DNA from: an uncultured Streptococcus sp.
GTDB taxonomy: Bacteria > Bacillota > Bacilli > Lactobacillales > Streptococcaceae
Assembly (NCBI GenBank): GCA_963530385.1
Contig: CAUSCX010000002.1
Location: 13,025 to 77,024 of the forward strand
Length of the DNA stretch: 64,000 nt
Direction: 5' to 3'
Under the pieces are notes generated by a model, which was given only the letters and a program-made list of their open reading frames with translations, was not told where the DNA came from and made no database searches. Numbering within the stretch: the first letter of the stretch is position 1; each line of letters starts with the position of its first letter. Below, piece after piece: positions 31,228 to 40,349 of this stretch. A program made the translations under genes and the position numbers.

Positions 31228-31353
31228 GCGGTAAGTGGGTGCCTCCCCCACCAGAGCCTTATATAGCGCTACTTTATCTCTGTCCTACAGGTTAATCAGC
31301 CTAAATCTAATTACCGCCCTGTACCCCTATTGTGATAGCTACTCACAGAGATA
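31228..31353 (-). ncRNA. candidate pseudoknotted structured RNA
   Basis: Four complementary segment pairs in non-coding DNA (see findings). Confidence 0.45.
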
Positions 31354-31356
31354 CAA

Positions 31357-31429
31357 CGGGAACAACTGGAATTGAACCAATGGCCTCCTAGGCTTCAACT
31401 AGGCGCTCTACCAACTGAGCTATATTCCC
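31357..31429 (-). tRNA. phage tRNA-Phe(GAA)
   Basis: GGGAATA/TGTTCCC acceptor, GCTC/GAGC D-stem, CCTAG-TTGAAGC-CTAGG, ATTGG-TTCAATT-CCAGT. Confidence 0.85.
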
Positions 31430-31513
31430 TCAAAATGCAAGGCGACTACTACCTTGCTTGTTAATTAGAAAGAACATTTATTTTTTATTTTTTGTAGTCA
31501 TTTAACAAGTTAA

Positions 31514-31588
31514 GGGCGGCGTTCGGAGTCGAACCGAAAAAAGAAGTTTATAAATTAAAGGAGACAAAACCACTGACCCGTCACCACC
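31514..31588 (-). ncRNA. tRNA-shaped RNA lacking D and anticodon stems
   Basis: GGTGGTG/CGCCGCC acceptor-like stem, TTCGG-TTCGACT-CCGAA T-arm, 75 nt. Confidence 0.55.
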
Positions 31589-31647
31589 ACGAAGGGCATA
31601 AGGCCCTTAAAATTACAGGAGTCATCAATCCATTTGCTGACAATATC

Positions 31648-31689
31648 ATAATAACACTTTAAAACTATCATTTACTATCATTACTATCA
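31648..31689 (-). promoter_or_regulatory. putative late promoter with activator-binding repeats
   Basis: TG-T-TATTAT extended -10; three TGATAGT direct repeats in place of -35. Confidence 0.6.
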
Positions 31690-32093
31690 AACATTTTAGC
31701 AAGCTTAACTAAAGACTTATCTCTTGCTCGTTGGATAGTAGTGGGGCTACAATTTAATCTTCTTTCCACTTGATTCCAAGAAAGACCATCAATATATAGT
31801 AATCGCATCACGATATTTTCAATCGGCTCTTCTAACTCTTCAATTGCTCTGACAAGTTCCTCTTGTTCCTTGTACTCCTTCTCGATCTCTTGATAGAGTT
31901 CAGCTATGCGATCAATAGCCTTGATGTTCATTTCTTCAGTGCGATTATCATTGCTCTGAGATTTCGGCATACTGTCAAAAGTCTGGCCTTTCATAATACC
32001 AGATCTTAGATTGATAATTTCACAATGTAGAGATTGTATTTTAACATTCTTAAATTTTAGTTTCTTGAGTTCTTTCTCAATAGATCTCTGCAC
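31668..32093 (-). CDS. late transcriptional activator (ArpU/RinA-like)
   Basis: C-terminal LYIDGLSW..V HTH; last early gene before packaging module; GTG start. Confidence 0.8.
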   Translation of the reverse strand: MQRSIEKELKKLKFKNVKIQSLHCEIINLRSGIMKGQTFDSMPKSQSNDNRTEEMNIKAIDRIAELYQEIEKEYKEQEELVRAIEELEEPIENIVMRLLYIDGLSWNQVERRLNCSPTTIQRARDKSLVKLAKMFDSNDSK

Positions 32094-32097
32094 CCTA

Positions 32098-32331
32098 TCA
32101 CCCCTTTCCAATAAACACATTCATCGGCAGATTGAAATAAGTCGCTACGTCTTCAACGTTATACATATCAGGTACAGCCTTTAAATTCTCCCAATTTGAG
32201 ATTGTTGCAGTTGAATAGCCTAGCTTGTTTCCTAATTCTTTCAAAGTAAGCTTATTATCTTTTCGTTTTTGCCTTAACATAAACGCGAATAACTCACATT
32301 GTCTTTTTGTTAGTGGTTTTTCATAATCCAT
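32098..32331 (-). CDS. XRE-family HTH protein
   Basis: LTLKELGNKLGYSTATISNWEN. Confidence 0.85.
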   Translation of the reverse strand: MDYEKPLTKRQCELFAFMLRQKRKDNKLTLKELGNKLGYSTATISNWENLKAVPDMYNVEDVATYFNLPMNVFIGKG

Positions 32332-32557
32332 GTTCCATCTCCTCAATCAACCAATCAAGGTTCTTGCGAGCCTTTTTCAAATCTTCAAGACCGTTCTTCT
32401 TCTGGTGTCGTAGTAAATACTTCAAGCTATTTCCTAAGTAGAAGCCCTTTAACTGTTCTGGTGTCATGAAATTTCTTAAAGCATCGATAGATTCCATGCC
32501 ATAGCGTCCTTGATAATGGCTTGGTTTGTTTACGTTGTCAATTATTTCTGGGTTCAT
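32321..32557 (-). CDS. DUF3310-family protein
   Basis: VNKPSHY, GNSLKY..R..KKNGLEDLKKA. Confidence 0.85.
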   Translation of the reverse strand: MNPEIIDNVNKPSHYQGRYGMESIDALRNFMTPEQLKGFYLGNSLKYLLRHQKKNGLEDLKKARKNLDWLIEEMEHGL

Positions 32558-32943
32558 TCCTTATCATCCAAAAGTTCAGGGTTTTCGTAGATATTCCCCA
32601 CGACCTCACAATCAGTATGTCGTAGCCACAATTCACATCCGTGTTGTTTGGATTCAAGACGATAGGCTCCGCCATAATGCCTTACAACCTCATAATAAGT
32701 CGGTTCAGAATAGACATCCTTAGACATTTTGACTATGTCCCCCTCAAAGATTTCCTTACCGTTCTTGTCAACCAATCCTGTTGATTGCATGAGATATTCA
32801 TCATCAATCGACCATCCTTTTAAATTGTTGCAGGTAAGCTTTTTGCTATCGTTCGCATAGACATTACCATTCCAGATAATCAATTCATCATTAGTAAACA
32901 TCTTTTGTTCATGTTTATCCCACGCTCTAAATTTTAGTTTCAT
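32554..32943 (-). CDS. YopX-family protein
   Basis: KFRAWD, QSTGL.DKNGKEIFEGDI, GNIYENPELL. Confidence 0.9.
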   Translation of the reverse strand: MKLKFRAWDKHEQKMFTNDELIIWNGNVYANDSKKLTCNNLKGWSIDDEYLMQSTGLVDKNGKEIFEGDIVKMSKDVYSEPTYYEVVRHYGGAYRLESKQHGCELWLRHTDCEVVGNIYENPELLDDKE

Positions 32944-32951
32944 GATAACTC

Positions 32952-33353
32952 CTACAATTCTTCTAAATCAAAATACTCTGTCAGTTCGTTCTTCAATTCT
33001 TCGATAGTACTGCATCGTCCAATTAAATCAGATACATCTAGCATCGTGTCCTCTTTATTCAGCGTGTTCTCTGCCACTGCATCAGCTACCCATTTGGGAT
33101 GTGTTCCAGCGTAAGAGAATTGATCTTGAGGTAATAGCTCAAGCAATGCTTTATATCGCTCCTCAAGAGCAATTAGAGCGCCAAATACATCGATGTAGTC
33201 GGTATCTGCTTTCTTGCTTTCAAAGACTTCTGGCTGATTTTGTTTCACGATTTCCGCATAAATAGCAGACCATTCTTTTTCTGAAAAACGTGATTTTTCA
33301 ACCAATGCTCCGTATTCGATTTCCTTACCATCGACTGTTACTTTATAATTCAT
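32952..33353 (-). CDS. phage hypothetical protein
   Basis: 133 aa acidic ORF, coupled to neighbour. Confidence 0.7.
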   Translation of the reverse strand: MNYKVTVDGKEIEYGALVEKSRFSEKEWSAIYAEIVKQNQPEVFESKKADTDYIDVFGALIALEERYKALLELLPQDQFSYAGTHPKWVADAVAENTLNKEDTMLDVSDLIGRCSTIEELKNELTEYFDLEEL

Positions 33354-33622
33354 ATTCTTACCTCATCTCCAACTTTCACTTTATCGTACACGTCCTTCGT
33401 AACTACAAAAATTCCGTAATCTCTGATAGTCACTGTGTATAGCTTCCCATGTCGTCCTTTCTCGACGACTTTACCGAATATCTTAGCGCCTGCGTTATCA
33501 GCATTATAGATAACCATCGGCTTCTTTTCTTCTAAATCTCGAATCCTGTCCATCTGCCAGATATTTAATCCAGCAGATAGCAGAATCCAGATAACTATGA
33601 ATCGTTTCATTTTCATCATCAC
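33350..33622 (-). CDS. DUF1372-like phage protein
   Basis: N-terminal TM, DNAG..GKV, KVGDEV. Confidence 0.75.
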   Translation of the reverse strand: MMMKMKRFIVIWILLSAGLNIWQMDRIRDLEEKKPMVIYNADNAGAKIFGKVVEKGRHGKLYTVTIRDYGIFVVTKDVYDKVKVGDEVRI

Positions 33623-33903
33623 AAAACACCACCATTTAATTTATTGAATTCTTCTTTAGTGAACCCTTGACTAATAGTTATTTCAAAGTTTCTAAAAGAA
33701 ATCTCACCAGATTGTAATTTACTTGCATTAATATTCCCAGATTTTACAACACTAGCATCTGGAATAAAAGTTTCGAAAACTCTCCCCATAGCGGAAAAAG
33801 TATTCCCTCCATCTGTACTGATTTTAATACCTATGGGGTAACTGTTAAACAGTTTACGATACTTCCTAATCAATCGTTTTCGTGTTTTATTTAGAGACAT
33901 CAC
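33619..33903 (-). CDS. phage hypothetical protein
   Basis: GGAGG RBS, 4-bp overlaps with neighbours. Confidence 0.65.
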   Translation of the reverse strand: MMSLNKTRKRLIRKYRKLFNSYPIGIKISTDGGNTFSAMGRVFETFIPDASVVKSGNINASKLQSGEISFRNFEITISQGFTKEEFNKLNGGVL

Positions 33904-34481
33904 TCAACCTCCTCATTTTTTATTGATTCATACGCTCTTTTATAAGCATCCAAATATAGAAATACTATTTCAGACACTTTTTTACCAGCGAATTCAAGAG
34001 TCTCATAGTATTCTGAATCTTGTTCACTCAGGAATTCTCGAACAGTATCAGTAATGTGTTTGAATCCATGCCGATCATCGAAATATTCAAATAGTTCATC
34101 AAAATAATATCGATCATTTTCGTCTAAGTCTTCATATCGCTTATTATCAAAGAAATACTCAAGAATAATTTTTTTAGCTTCATCTTCATCATAAACAAAA
34201 AGATGTCGACTAGATGCTTTGATTTTTTCAATAAAATATCCAGCGTTGTTTGTGAAATCCTTATAGAAATCTTCCCAACTACCCATATTATTAAAATTTA
34301 CTGCAACCAACTCACCGAAATCACCTGTGATGGCTAGAGATGAATTTTTCTTATCGAAAATATATCTTAGATTATACATTAGATTATATTCTGGACTATG
34401 ATAATCAATGATTGTAATATCATCTAATTCGATTTTTTTAGCAATGTGCTTGTTAAAATAGTGTGCAAATGATTCCATCAC
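33900..34481 (-). CDS. phage hypothetical protein
   Basis: 193 aa, LAITGDFGE motif, AT-rich. Confidence 0.7.
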   Translation of the reverse strand: MMESFAHYFNKHIAKKIELDDITIIDYHSPEYNLMYNLRYIFDKKNSSLAITGDFGELVAVNFNNMGSWEDFYKDFTNNAGYFIEKIKASSRHLFVYDEDEAKKIILEYFFDNKRYEDLDENDRYYFDELFEYFDDRHGFKHITDTVREFLSEQDSEYYETLEFAGKKVSEIVFLYLDAYKRAYESIKNEEVE

Positions 34482-34966
34482 TCAACCTCCTCCACTTCAA
34501 ATAGTGGACTATTAAACACTTCACCAAAACCATAATATTCTAGTTCCTTTCGTGTAAATTTTTCGTTATTTTTCCAATTGTTAAAAAAATGGAATCCAGT
34601 TTCTGTTTGATTTAGATAATCATCTGTATTTTTTAACTTGACTTTGTATTTTGGCTCTTTCTCGACCTCGTAGCCGTCAAGCCATGCGCGAGCGAGAATA
34701 TCCATATTCTTTTTTTGATAAAACCATTTTGATATTTCGGTATCTCTTGACTCATTTCTTACATCTTCGAAAATGTCTTCTAAATCCCAAAAGTTTAACT
34801 TTGCAAAACCAAGTAAAGCATCCACAAACTGCGGTACTACTGGTTTCTGCGGTTCGTCTAGTTGTCTGACTAGACCTAAAACTAGATTCTTGTCGATCCA
34901 AGGTCTAGTTCTTGTATTATGTGCTGGTAATGCTTCGATTTTTTCAATCAATTCCTGCTTATTCAT
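34478..34966 (-). CDS. DUF1642-like phage protein
   Basis: VVPQFV..., ARAWLDGYEVE. Confidence 0.8.
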   Translation of the reverse strand: MNKQELIEKIEALPAHNTRTRPWIDKNLVLGLVRQLDEPQKPVVPQFVDALLGFAKLNFWDLEDIFEDVRNESRDTEISKWFYQKKNMDILARAWLDGYEVEKEPKYKVKLKNTDDYLNQTETGFHFFNNWKNNEKFTRKELEYYGFGEVFNSPLFEVEEVE

Positions 34967-35147
34967 CTTCCAACTCCTTTATCTTCTTCCTCAACTCTTC
35001 ATTCCTCTTTCTCAACGAATCCCGTTCCAGCGCTCTAATCCGTCTCTTCCGTGAATCGCATGGTTTCGAATACTCGGCTATCTTCTCTTCGTTTTGCTTG
35101 ATTGTGCGTTTCAGTCCGTCGATTACTATCTTCTTGTCGTATTTCAA
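34959..35147 (-). CDS. phage hypothetical coiled-coil protein
   Basis: 62 aa, GAGGT RBS. Confidence 0.6.
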   Translation of the reverse strand: MKYDKKIVIDGLKRTIKQNEEKIAEYSKPCDSRKRRIRALERDSLRKRNEELRKKIKELEDE

Positions 35148-35344
35148 CTGAATACCTCATTCAATTCTTTAACACATTCATTATGATTGAATGGTTCGTC
35201 AGCCAATTTGTCAAATCCGTTCTTTTCTGATTTTCGTAAAAATATAGACATCCCACAAAATCGACATCTAATCGATTTAGAACTTTCTTTGGCATGTCTT
35301 TTATAGCATTCTCCACAAAATGGACATTGTACGTCAACTTTCAT
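35144..35344 (-). CDS. zinc-ribbon protein
   Basis: CPFC...CRFC; AGGAG RBS. Confidence 0.7.
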   Translation of the reverse strand: MKVDVQCPFCGECYKRHAKESSKSIRCRFCGMSIFLRKSEKNGFDKLADEPFNHNECVKELNEVFS

Positions 35345-35376
35345 TTTTAACTCCTAAATTGTTCAAAAAAATCAAA

Positions 35377-35654
35377 TGCAACCGTGCAACCGATAAAAAA
35401 CAAAATTTAAAAAATAAATTTCAAGAATCCTTATTTAATAGGCTTTCTCTATTATTACTATTTTTATTTATACTTTTTAAAAAATATAGGTTGCATCGGT
35501 TGCATTATATAAAAATAGTATAAAAAAGTCAGTATTATCAAGGGTTTAAGGGTGCAACCGTTCTTTCGATTTATCGGTTGCATATCGGTTGCATGCAACC
35601 GTTCTTCTTAAAAAGTGCAACCGATGCAACCGATAGAATTTTCAAATGCAACCG
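35377..35654. repeat. iteron cluster, putative phage replication origin
   Basis: 11 copies of TGCAACC(G) in both orientations with AT-rich spacers, after VapE gene. Confidence 0.8.
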
Positions 35655-35656
35655 AT

Positions 35657-36991
35657 CTATTTTTCTTTAATTCGCTTAAATCCTTTAGTATTTTTTCCAC
35701 CAATTCTGAACTGACCTTTCTCCCACCCAGGATGATTATCCATAATCATATTGATTTTAGTTGATAACTTTTTGTCATTTGAATTTCTCATGAAGAGGTT
35801 ATACATCATCTCACGAGTTGATACTTTTTCCAGTTTTTTAGTGCCAGCTTCAAACTCACTACTGTTATCAAAATACTTGCTTGTATACTGATGTTGTTGT
35901 TGAATTGACCAACTTGACCAGTTATCAGGAATAGGCATTTCCAAATATTCAAGCACTTGTAATTCCACTTCATCACGATACATAAATTTCTCACGATAGA
36001 TTTCTAATCGGTCTTCAGTTTCTTTATCAAACATCAAATCAGCACCAGCACGATAGATTGTGACAGCCTCGCCCCAAATTTGTTCGACTGTTTCAGGTTC
36101 AATTTCCATAGGGTGTTTTTTCTGATTGTCGATGTTTGCGAGTACAGGTAAGAAGCGACGTTCTCCAGTCTTATCTTTTAAGTATTCCTTCTGATTAGTT
36201 GTACGTGCTAGAACAAAGTTTTTAGCAAATTTTTCAGTACGTTTCATGTAAGGTTTACGAAAACGTAAGCTTGTTTTTGAGATAAAGGCTTTTGTTTCAG
36301 CGAAACTCATTCGGTTACTAGCAACCATTTCATCATCATTGACGATTAATGCTTTTAGCATGATGTCATAATTATCTTTGTTTGCAAAATCTGTGACCGA
36401 ATCGGTATACCAAGCACCACCCAGCTTTTGAAGGAGTGAGGTTTTCCCAACACCTTGACCACCGACTAAATCCAGCACGTAGTCAAATTTAACAAATGGA
36501 TCATACACTTTAGCGACTGCACCAACTAACCACATTTCAGCGATTTTGGAAATCAAAGGGTTATCATCAGCACCGAGATAGACTTGAAGCATACGGTCAA
36601 TTCGTTTACATCCATCCCAATTACTTGCTGCACGTTCCATATAGGCTATAACTGGATTGTATGACCTTTCTGAGAAGAAGGTTTCCATGCCATCCAGCAT
36701 CGCTTGGTTTGAGTAAGCAACACCTAATACACTTTCAAAATAGACTTTTACCACTGAATCAAAGTTAGAAGGCAATTCCCCTTTCTTAAAGAAGGTGTTT
36801 CCTATTTTGATATCCTTGAGGAGTTCATGTTCTTGAGAAAATTCATTGTGTTTTAAATAGATACTTAGTTGATCATCAGCCTTGAAAGAAAGCAAGACAT
36901 TGCTAGGGCTATTAGCTTTAATCATTCCCTTATCTGTTAGTATCATTGTATCTTGTGAATTTATACTTACTACATCACCAATCGTCCTCAC
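35657..36991 (-). CDS. VapE-family helicase/ATPase
   Basis: GGQGVGKT, NDDEM, DKTGERRF. Confidence 0.9.
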   Translation of the reverse strand: MRTIGDVVSINSQDTMILTDKGMIKANSPSNVLLSFKADDQLSIYLKHNEFSQEHELLKDIKIGNTFFKKGELPSNFDSVVKVYFESVLGVAYSNQAMLDGMETFFSERSYNPVIAYMERAASNWDGCKRIDRMLQVYLGADDNPLISKIAEMWLVGAVAKVYDPFVKFDYVLDLVGGQGVGKTSLLQKLGGAWYTDSVTDFANKDNYDIMLKALIVNDDEMVASNRMSFAETKAFISKTSLRFRKPYMKRTEKFAKNFVLARTTNQKEYLKDKTGERRFLPVLANIDNQKKHPMEIEPETVEQIWGEAVTIYRAGADLMFDKETEDRLEIYREKFMYRDEVELQVLEYLEMPIPDNWSSWSIQQQHQYTSKYFDNSSEFEAGTKKLEKVSTREMMYNLFMRNSNDKKLSTKINMIMDNHPGWEKGQFRIGGKNTKGFKRIKEK

Positions 36992-37809
36992 CTCCTATCT
37001 TTTTTAATCATACTTTCAACAGTACGCATCATTTCCTTTTCAGGCAAAGGATTTTGACTATTTGTATTTGCTAGTCTTGCTAATTGAATGACTACTTCAT
37101 CATCTACTGCTCGATATAATAGACCACCTACGAATTTTGCCAGTTTATCATTTCGTCCACCCTCATCACCAAAACCAAGGGCGATGGTTTCAAATAATTC
37201 AGTGGTTTGGGTTCTGTCTCGTGTGTAAGACCTTCTAGCTAAATTCCTTAAACCATCTTTACCATCAAATGTATGGCCATGTGTTTCTTTGTATTGTTTC
37301 TTGATCGCTCGAATTAGATCTCTGGAAGGTGTTACGATTGTTCCACCTTCCTTTGATTTTTCTAAATCCCACTCATACTGACCTTTATCTGTGGCAGATG
37401 GTGCAACTAACACATAGTTATTTTCGTGAGATTTGATATCAACACCTGGTAAGAAACCAATCATCTGTGTGATAGGTTCATCCTCTCTTTTGAAGTAAAA
37501 GAGGTGCTTCCCACCACTAGCAGTTTTAGCTTGTAGGGTAGGTTCAATTAAGTTTAAATACTTCCATTTTTTCAATGACTCAAAACCATTTGACTTGCCG
37601 TGCTTGTCAATGTCAATAACAAAGAAGTTTGTTGTTTTAAGAGCAATATTTGCATTTGGATAACCATCCCAAAAACTTTCAATTTCACTTTCGGTCATTG
37701 GAGGTTTGTCAGCAAATTCAATCAAAGGCATTTTGTTTTTAGGATTGATTGGAATGACTGAGAATCCTAAATTTTGATATTTTAGAGCGTACTCTTTCAT
37801 GCTAGCCAT
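36988..37809 (-). CDS. bifunctional primase/polymerase (Prim-Pol + PriCT)
   Basis: VIDIDKH, TASGGKHLF, YVLVAPS, GGRND. Confidence 0.9.
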   Translation of the reverse strand: MASMKEYALKYQNLGFSVIPINPKNKMPLIEFADKPPMTESEIESFWDGYPNANIALKTTNFFVIDIDKHGKSNGFESLKKWKYLNLIEPTLQAKTASGGKHLFYFKREDEPITQMIGFLPGVDIKSHENNYVLVAPSATDKGQYEWDLEKSKEGGTIVTPSRDLIRAIKKQYKETHGHTFDGKDGLRNLARRSYTRDRTQTTELFETIALGFGDEGGRNDKLAKFVGGLLYRAVDDEVVIQLARLANTNSQNPLPEKEMMRTVESMIKKDRR

Positions 37810-37828
37810 TCCGTGCTCCTCCTAATTT

Positions 37829-38338
37829 TTAAAATGGCAAATCATCTTCACTGATTTCCAAACCTGCAGCAGTTGGAAGCCCTTCTGCTTCATCAAGATC
37901 ATAACTACGGTATGTTTTACCTTTACTTTCTGTATCAATAATAATCAACTTGAAGTAAGAACCAACTGCTTTACGTTGGAGAGCTTCTTCGAGTGACTTC
38001 CCATCCTCAAAGTCAGATTTTAAAGGTGCATCGTCTGCAAATGCAAGGGCCTTTTGGAAGAATTTAATAGTACGCTGAACTGACCAAGAAATATCTTTGT
38101 TATTCCAAGTATCAAGCGTTCCAAACGTTGCATATTCAACTCGACCATCATAATCACCACCGCGAATTTCAAAACAGTATTGAAGGCTTTCCCAGCCTTT
38201 GTCTGAAATATTGAATTTGGCAGATTTTAAAATAGCTTGATATTCTCCAGCTGGAATTGGTGCAGGCCCATTTGCGCTGTCTTTACGTGGGTCAAAGCCT
38301 TCTTTTTTGATTGATTGTGCGATTTCTAATAAACTCAT
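37829..38338 (-). CDS. ssDNA-binding protein (DUF669-like)
   Basis: PIPAGEY, acidic DDLPF tail. Confidence 0.75.
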   Translation of the reverse strand: MSLLEIAQSIKKEGFDPRKDSANGPAPIPAGEYQAILKSAKFNISDKGWESLQYCFEIRGGDYDGRVEYATFGTLDTWNNKDISWSVQRTIKFFQKALAFADDAPLKSDFEDGKSLEEALQRKAVGSYFKLIIIDTESKGKTYRSYDLDEAEGLPTAAGLEISEDDLPF

Positions 38339-38357
38339 GTGTTTTCTCCTTTAATTC

Positions 38358-39158
38358 TTAAAATAGTTCATTTACTGAAGTAGTTTCTACTTCTTTTTTA
38401 GTTTCTTGTTTAGTTGTTGGCTTTTCTTCAACTGCAGGCTTATTCTTAGCTGGACTGAGTGCTCCACGGATAGTGGTCAAAATCTTCAAGATTTTCTTAT
38501 CATCGACTTGGTCAGCGTAGTAAGATTTACGCTTACGGTCAACTTCACGGTTATAGTTATTACCGATTTTTTCTGTATGAATCATCAGGTCAGAATTTCC
38601 GTTGATAAGGTTCACATACTTATCTTTCAAGCTTGGTTTGTCTTTAGTTGCATTCCCGTTATCGTCATATTCAGAGATTTGACGACTAATATAGATAACG
38701 TTCATTGGTAAGGCTTTAAGGTCAATAACCAATTCAGTGACTGCTTGATTGAAGAAATCATAACCCTTACCGTATGGAATTTCTGACAAGGATTTCAAAC
38801 GAGGTTTTCCAGCTGGTGTCAATTCATAACAAACTGCAATCTTAATCATTTCAATGACATCATCGATTACATCGACTATAACTGTTTCATAAGAATGTTT
38901 TTGTGTTTGAAGTGCCAGGAGGATTTCACCCAACTGTTTGATAACTGAATTGGTAATTCGTCCAGAGGTGTCTTTTTCATTCAATAGTTGAATACTTGGT
39001 ACGCTGTTAGCTTCTGCATTTCCGTCCGTATTTAGTACGATAGGTTTTGGAAATTCGTTTGCTAGATAAGACTTACCACTCATGGTTTCACCATAGATGA
39101 AATAGTTTCGAGGGGTGTCTTTTGGAATTTGTGGTTTGTTTTCTGGTAATTTAAACAA
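38358..39158 (-). CDS. Sak4-like AAA ATPase/recombinase
   Basis: IYGETMSGKS P-loop; between helicase and SSB. Confidence 0.75.
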   Translation of the reverse strand: MFKLPENKPQIPKDTPRNYFIYGETMSGKSYLANEFPKPIVLNTDGNAEANSVPSIQLLNEKDTSGRITNSVIKQLGEILLALQTQKHSYETVIVDVIDDVIEMIKIAVCYELTPAGKPRLKSLSEIPYGKGYDFFNQAVTELVIDLKALPMNVIYISRQISEYDDNGNATKDKPSLKDKYVNLINGNSDLMIHTEKIGNNYNREVDRKRKSYYADQVDDKKILKILTTIRGALSPAKNKPAVEEKPTTKQETKKEVETTSVNELF

Positions 39159-39161
39159 GAT

Positions 39162-40349
39162 TTATACTCCTTTATAATAAAATTCAATTACATTTACATC
39201 GTGCTGCTGACGACTTCCTGTTATGCGCCATAGCAACTGTCGGTAATCATCGTATTCTCCAGAACCTTCTTCAACTGGATCTAGTACGACAATAGTTTGG
39301 TATTTGTGTTGTAGGCCATCGACACCTACGCCTAAGACTTGACTGGTAGCCACGACCACTTGATTATCAAGACCGTCTTGAATATCCCCTGTCCAGATAC
39401 CGATGTTTGGATGTCTCCCACGAATAACATTCACAATCTGTTTAGACTTGCTGACAATCAGCATATCGTGTGGTGCTCGTTCAATTAGTCCATCGAGCTC
39501 TAACAATAATGGTGTGTCTTGATTGACTGCTCTTAGTTTAGGAAAATCAACATCTACACCAGTTTGGTTGAGATAGCGCTCGAATGTGTTTCTCCCAAAA
39601 GATTGCTTAGCCATGACTGTTTTACCATTTACTGTGACTAGGTTTAACTTCCTAAACTCAGCAAGTTTTTCTGGATTTCCAGGTGCGACTCTCTTTTGAT
39701 AGAATTTAATCTCAAAACCGTTATTCTCAACTGCATTTTCAATTTCTTCGATTTCTTCCCACCTAAAGAAGTTTGGTAGGTTTGAGACATAACTTTCATA
39801 ATCTCTAAAATCTTCCCACTTTTCTTTCGAATAACTGAATGGATCATAGACCATCTTTCCGTGAGACTTTTGCCAGTCAAATTTATTATTAGGTTTCGCC
39901 CATCCAAAGATGATTTTTTCAAGTGGGTAGAAGTTTTGACCTTTTTTTCTGATTGGTGTAGCTGAAAGACCTATCGTATATTTACGCTTTATTTTGCGAT
40001 ATAAGGCTACTTGCTTGTCGCTCGACATATTCTGCCACTCATCTACTATCAGCACGTCACAGGCTAATTTATGCCCCTTTTTGACTTGATTTTGAAGATA
40101 TCTATCTGTCTGAATGATAATCTCAACATCTTTATCAAAATTCATAAACTTGACTGCATCTATCCAACCATTAAGAATTGCTAGTCGGTTGTTTGTGATG
40201 ATGATTTTCTTTGCTTTCTTATGCTTTGCAATAGCAAGCGCACAGATAGTTTTACCGCGCCCCCCAAGAGCTTCAAGAAAAATTCCATTTGATAAGTGGT
40301 CACTTCTTTTAACTGCTTCAACTTGCCATTTTCTAAGAGTTATTGTGAT
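39162..40349 (-). CDS. SF2 helicase, probable ATC start
   Basis: Frame extends 68 codons upstream of track ORF to include LRKWQ and GRGKT; VDEWQ, LSATP. Confidence 0.85.
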   Translation of the reverse strand: MTITLRKWQVEAVKRSDHLSNGIFLEALGGRGKTICALAIAKHKKAKKIIITNNRLAILNGWIDAVKFMNFDKDVEIIIQTDRYLQNQVKKGHKLACDVLIVDEWQNMSSDKQVALYRKIKRKYTIGLSATPIRKKGQNFYPLEKIIFGWAKPNNKFDWQKSHGKMVYDPFSYSKEKWEDFRDYESYVSNLPNFFRWEEIEEIENAVENNGFEIKFYQKRVAPGNPEKLAEFRKLNLVTVNGKTVMAKQSFGRNTFERYLNQTGVDVDFPKLRAVNQDTPLLLELDGLIERAPHDMLIVSKSKQIVNVIRGRHPNIGIWTGDIQDGLDNQVVVATSQVLGVGVDGLQHKYQTIVVLDPVEEGSGEYDDYRQLLWRITGSRQQHDVNVIEFYYKGV

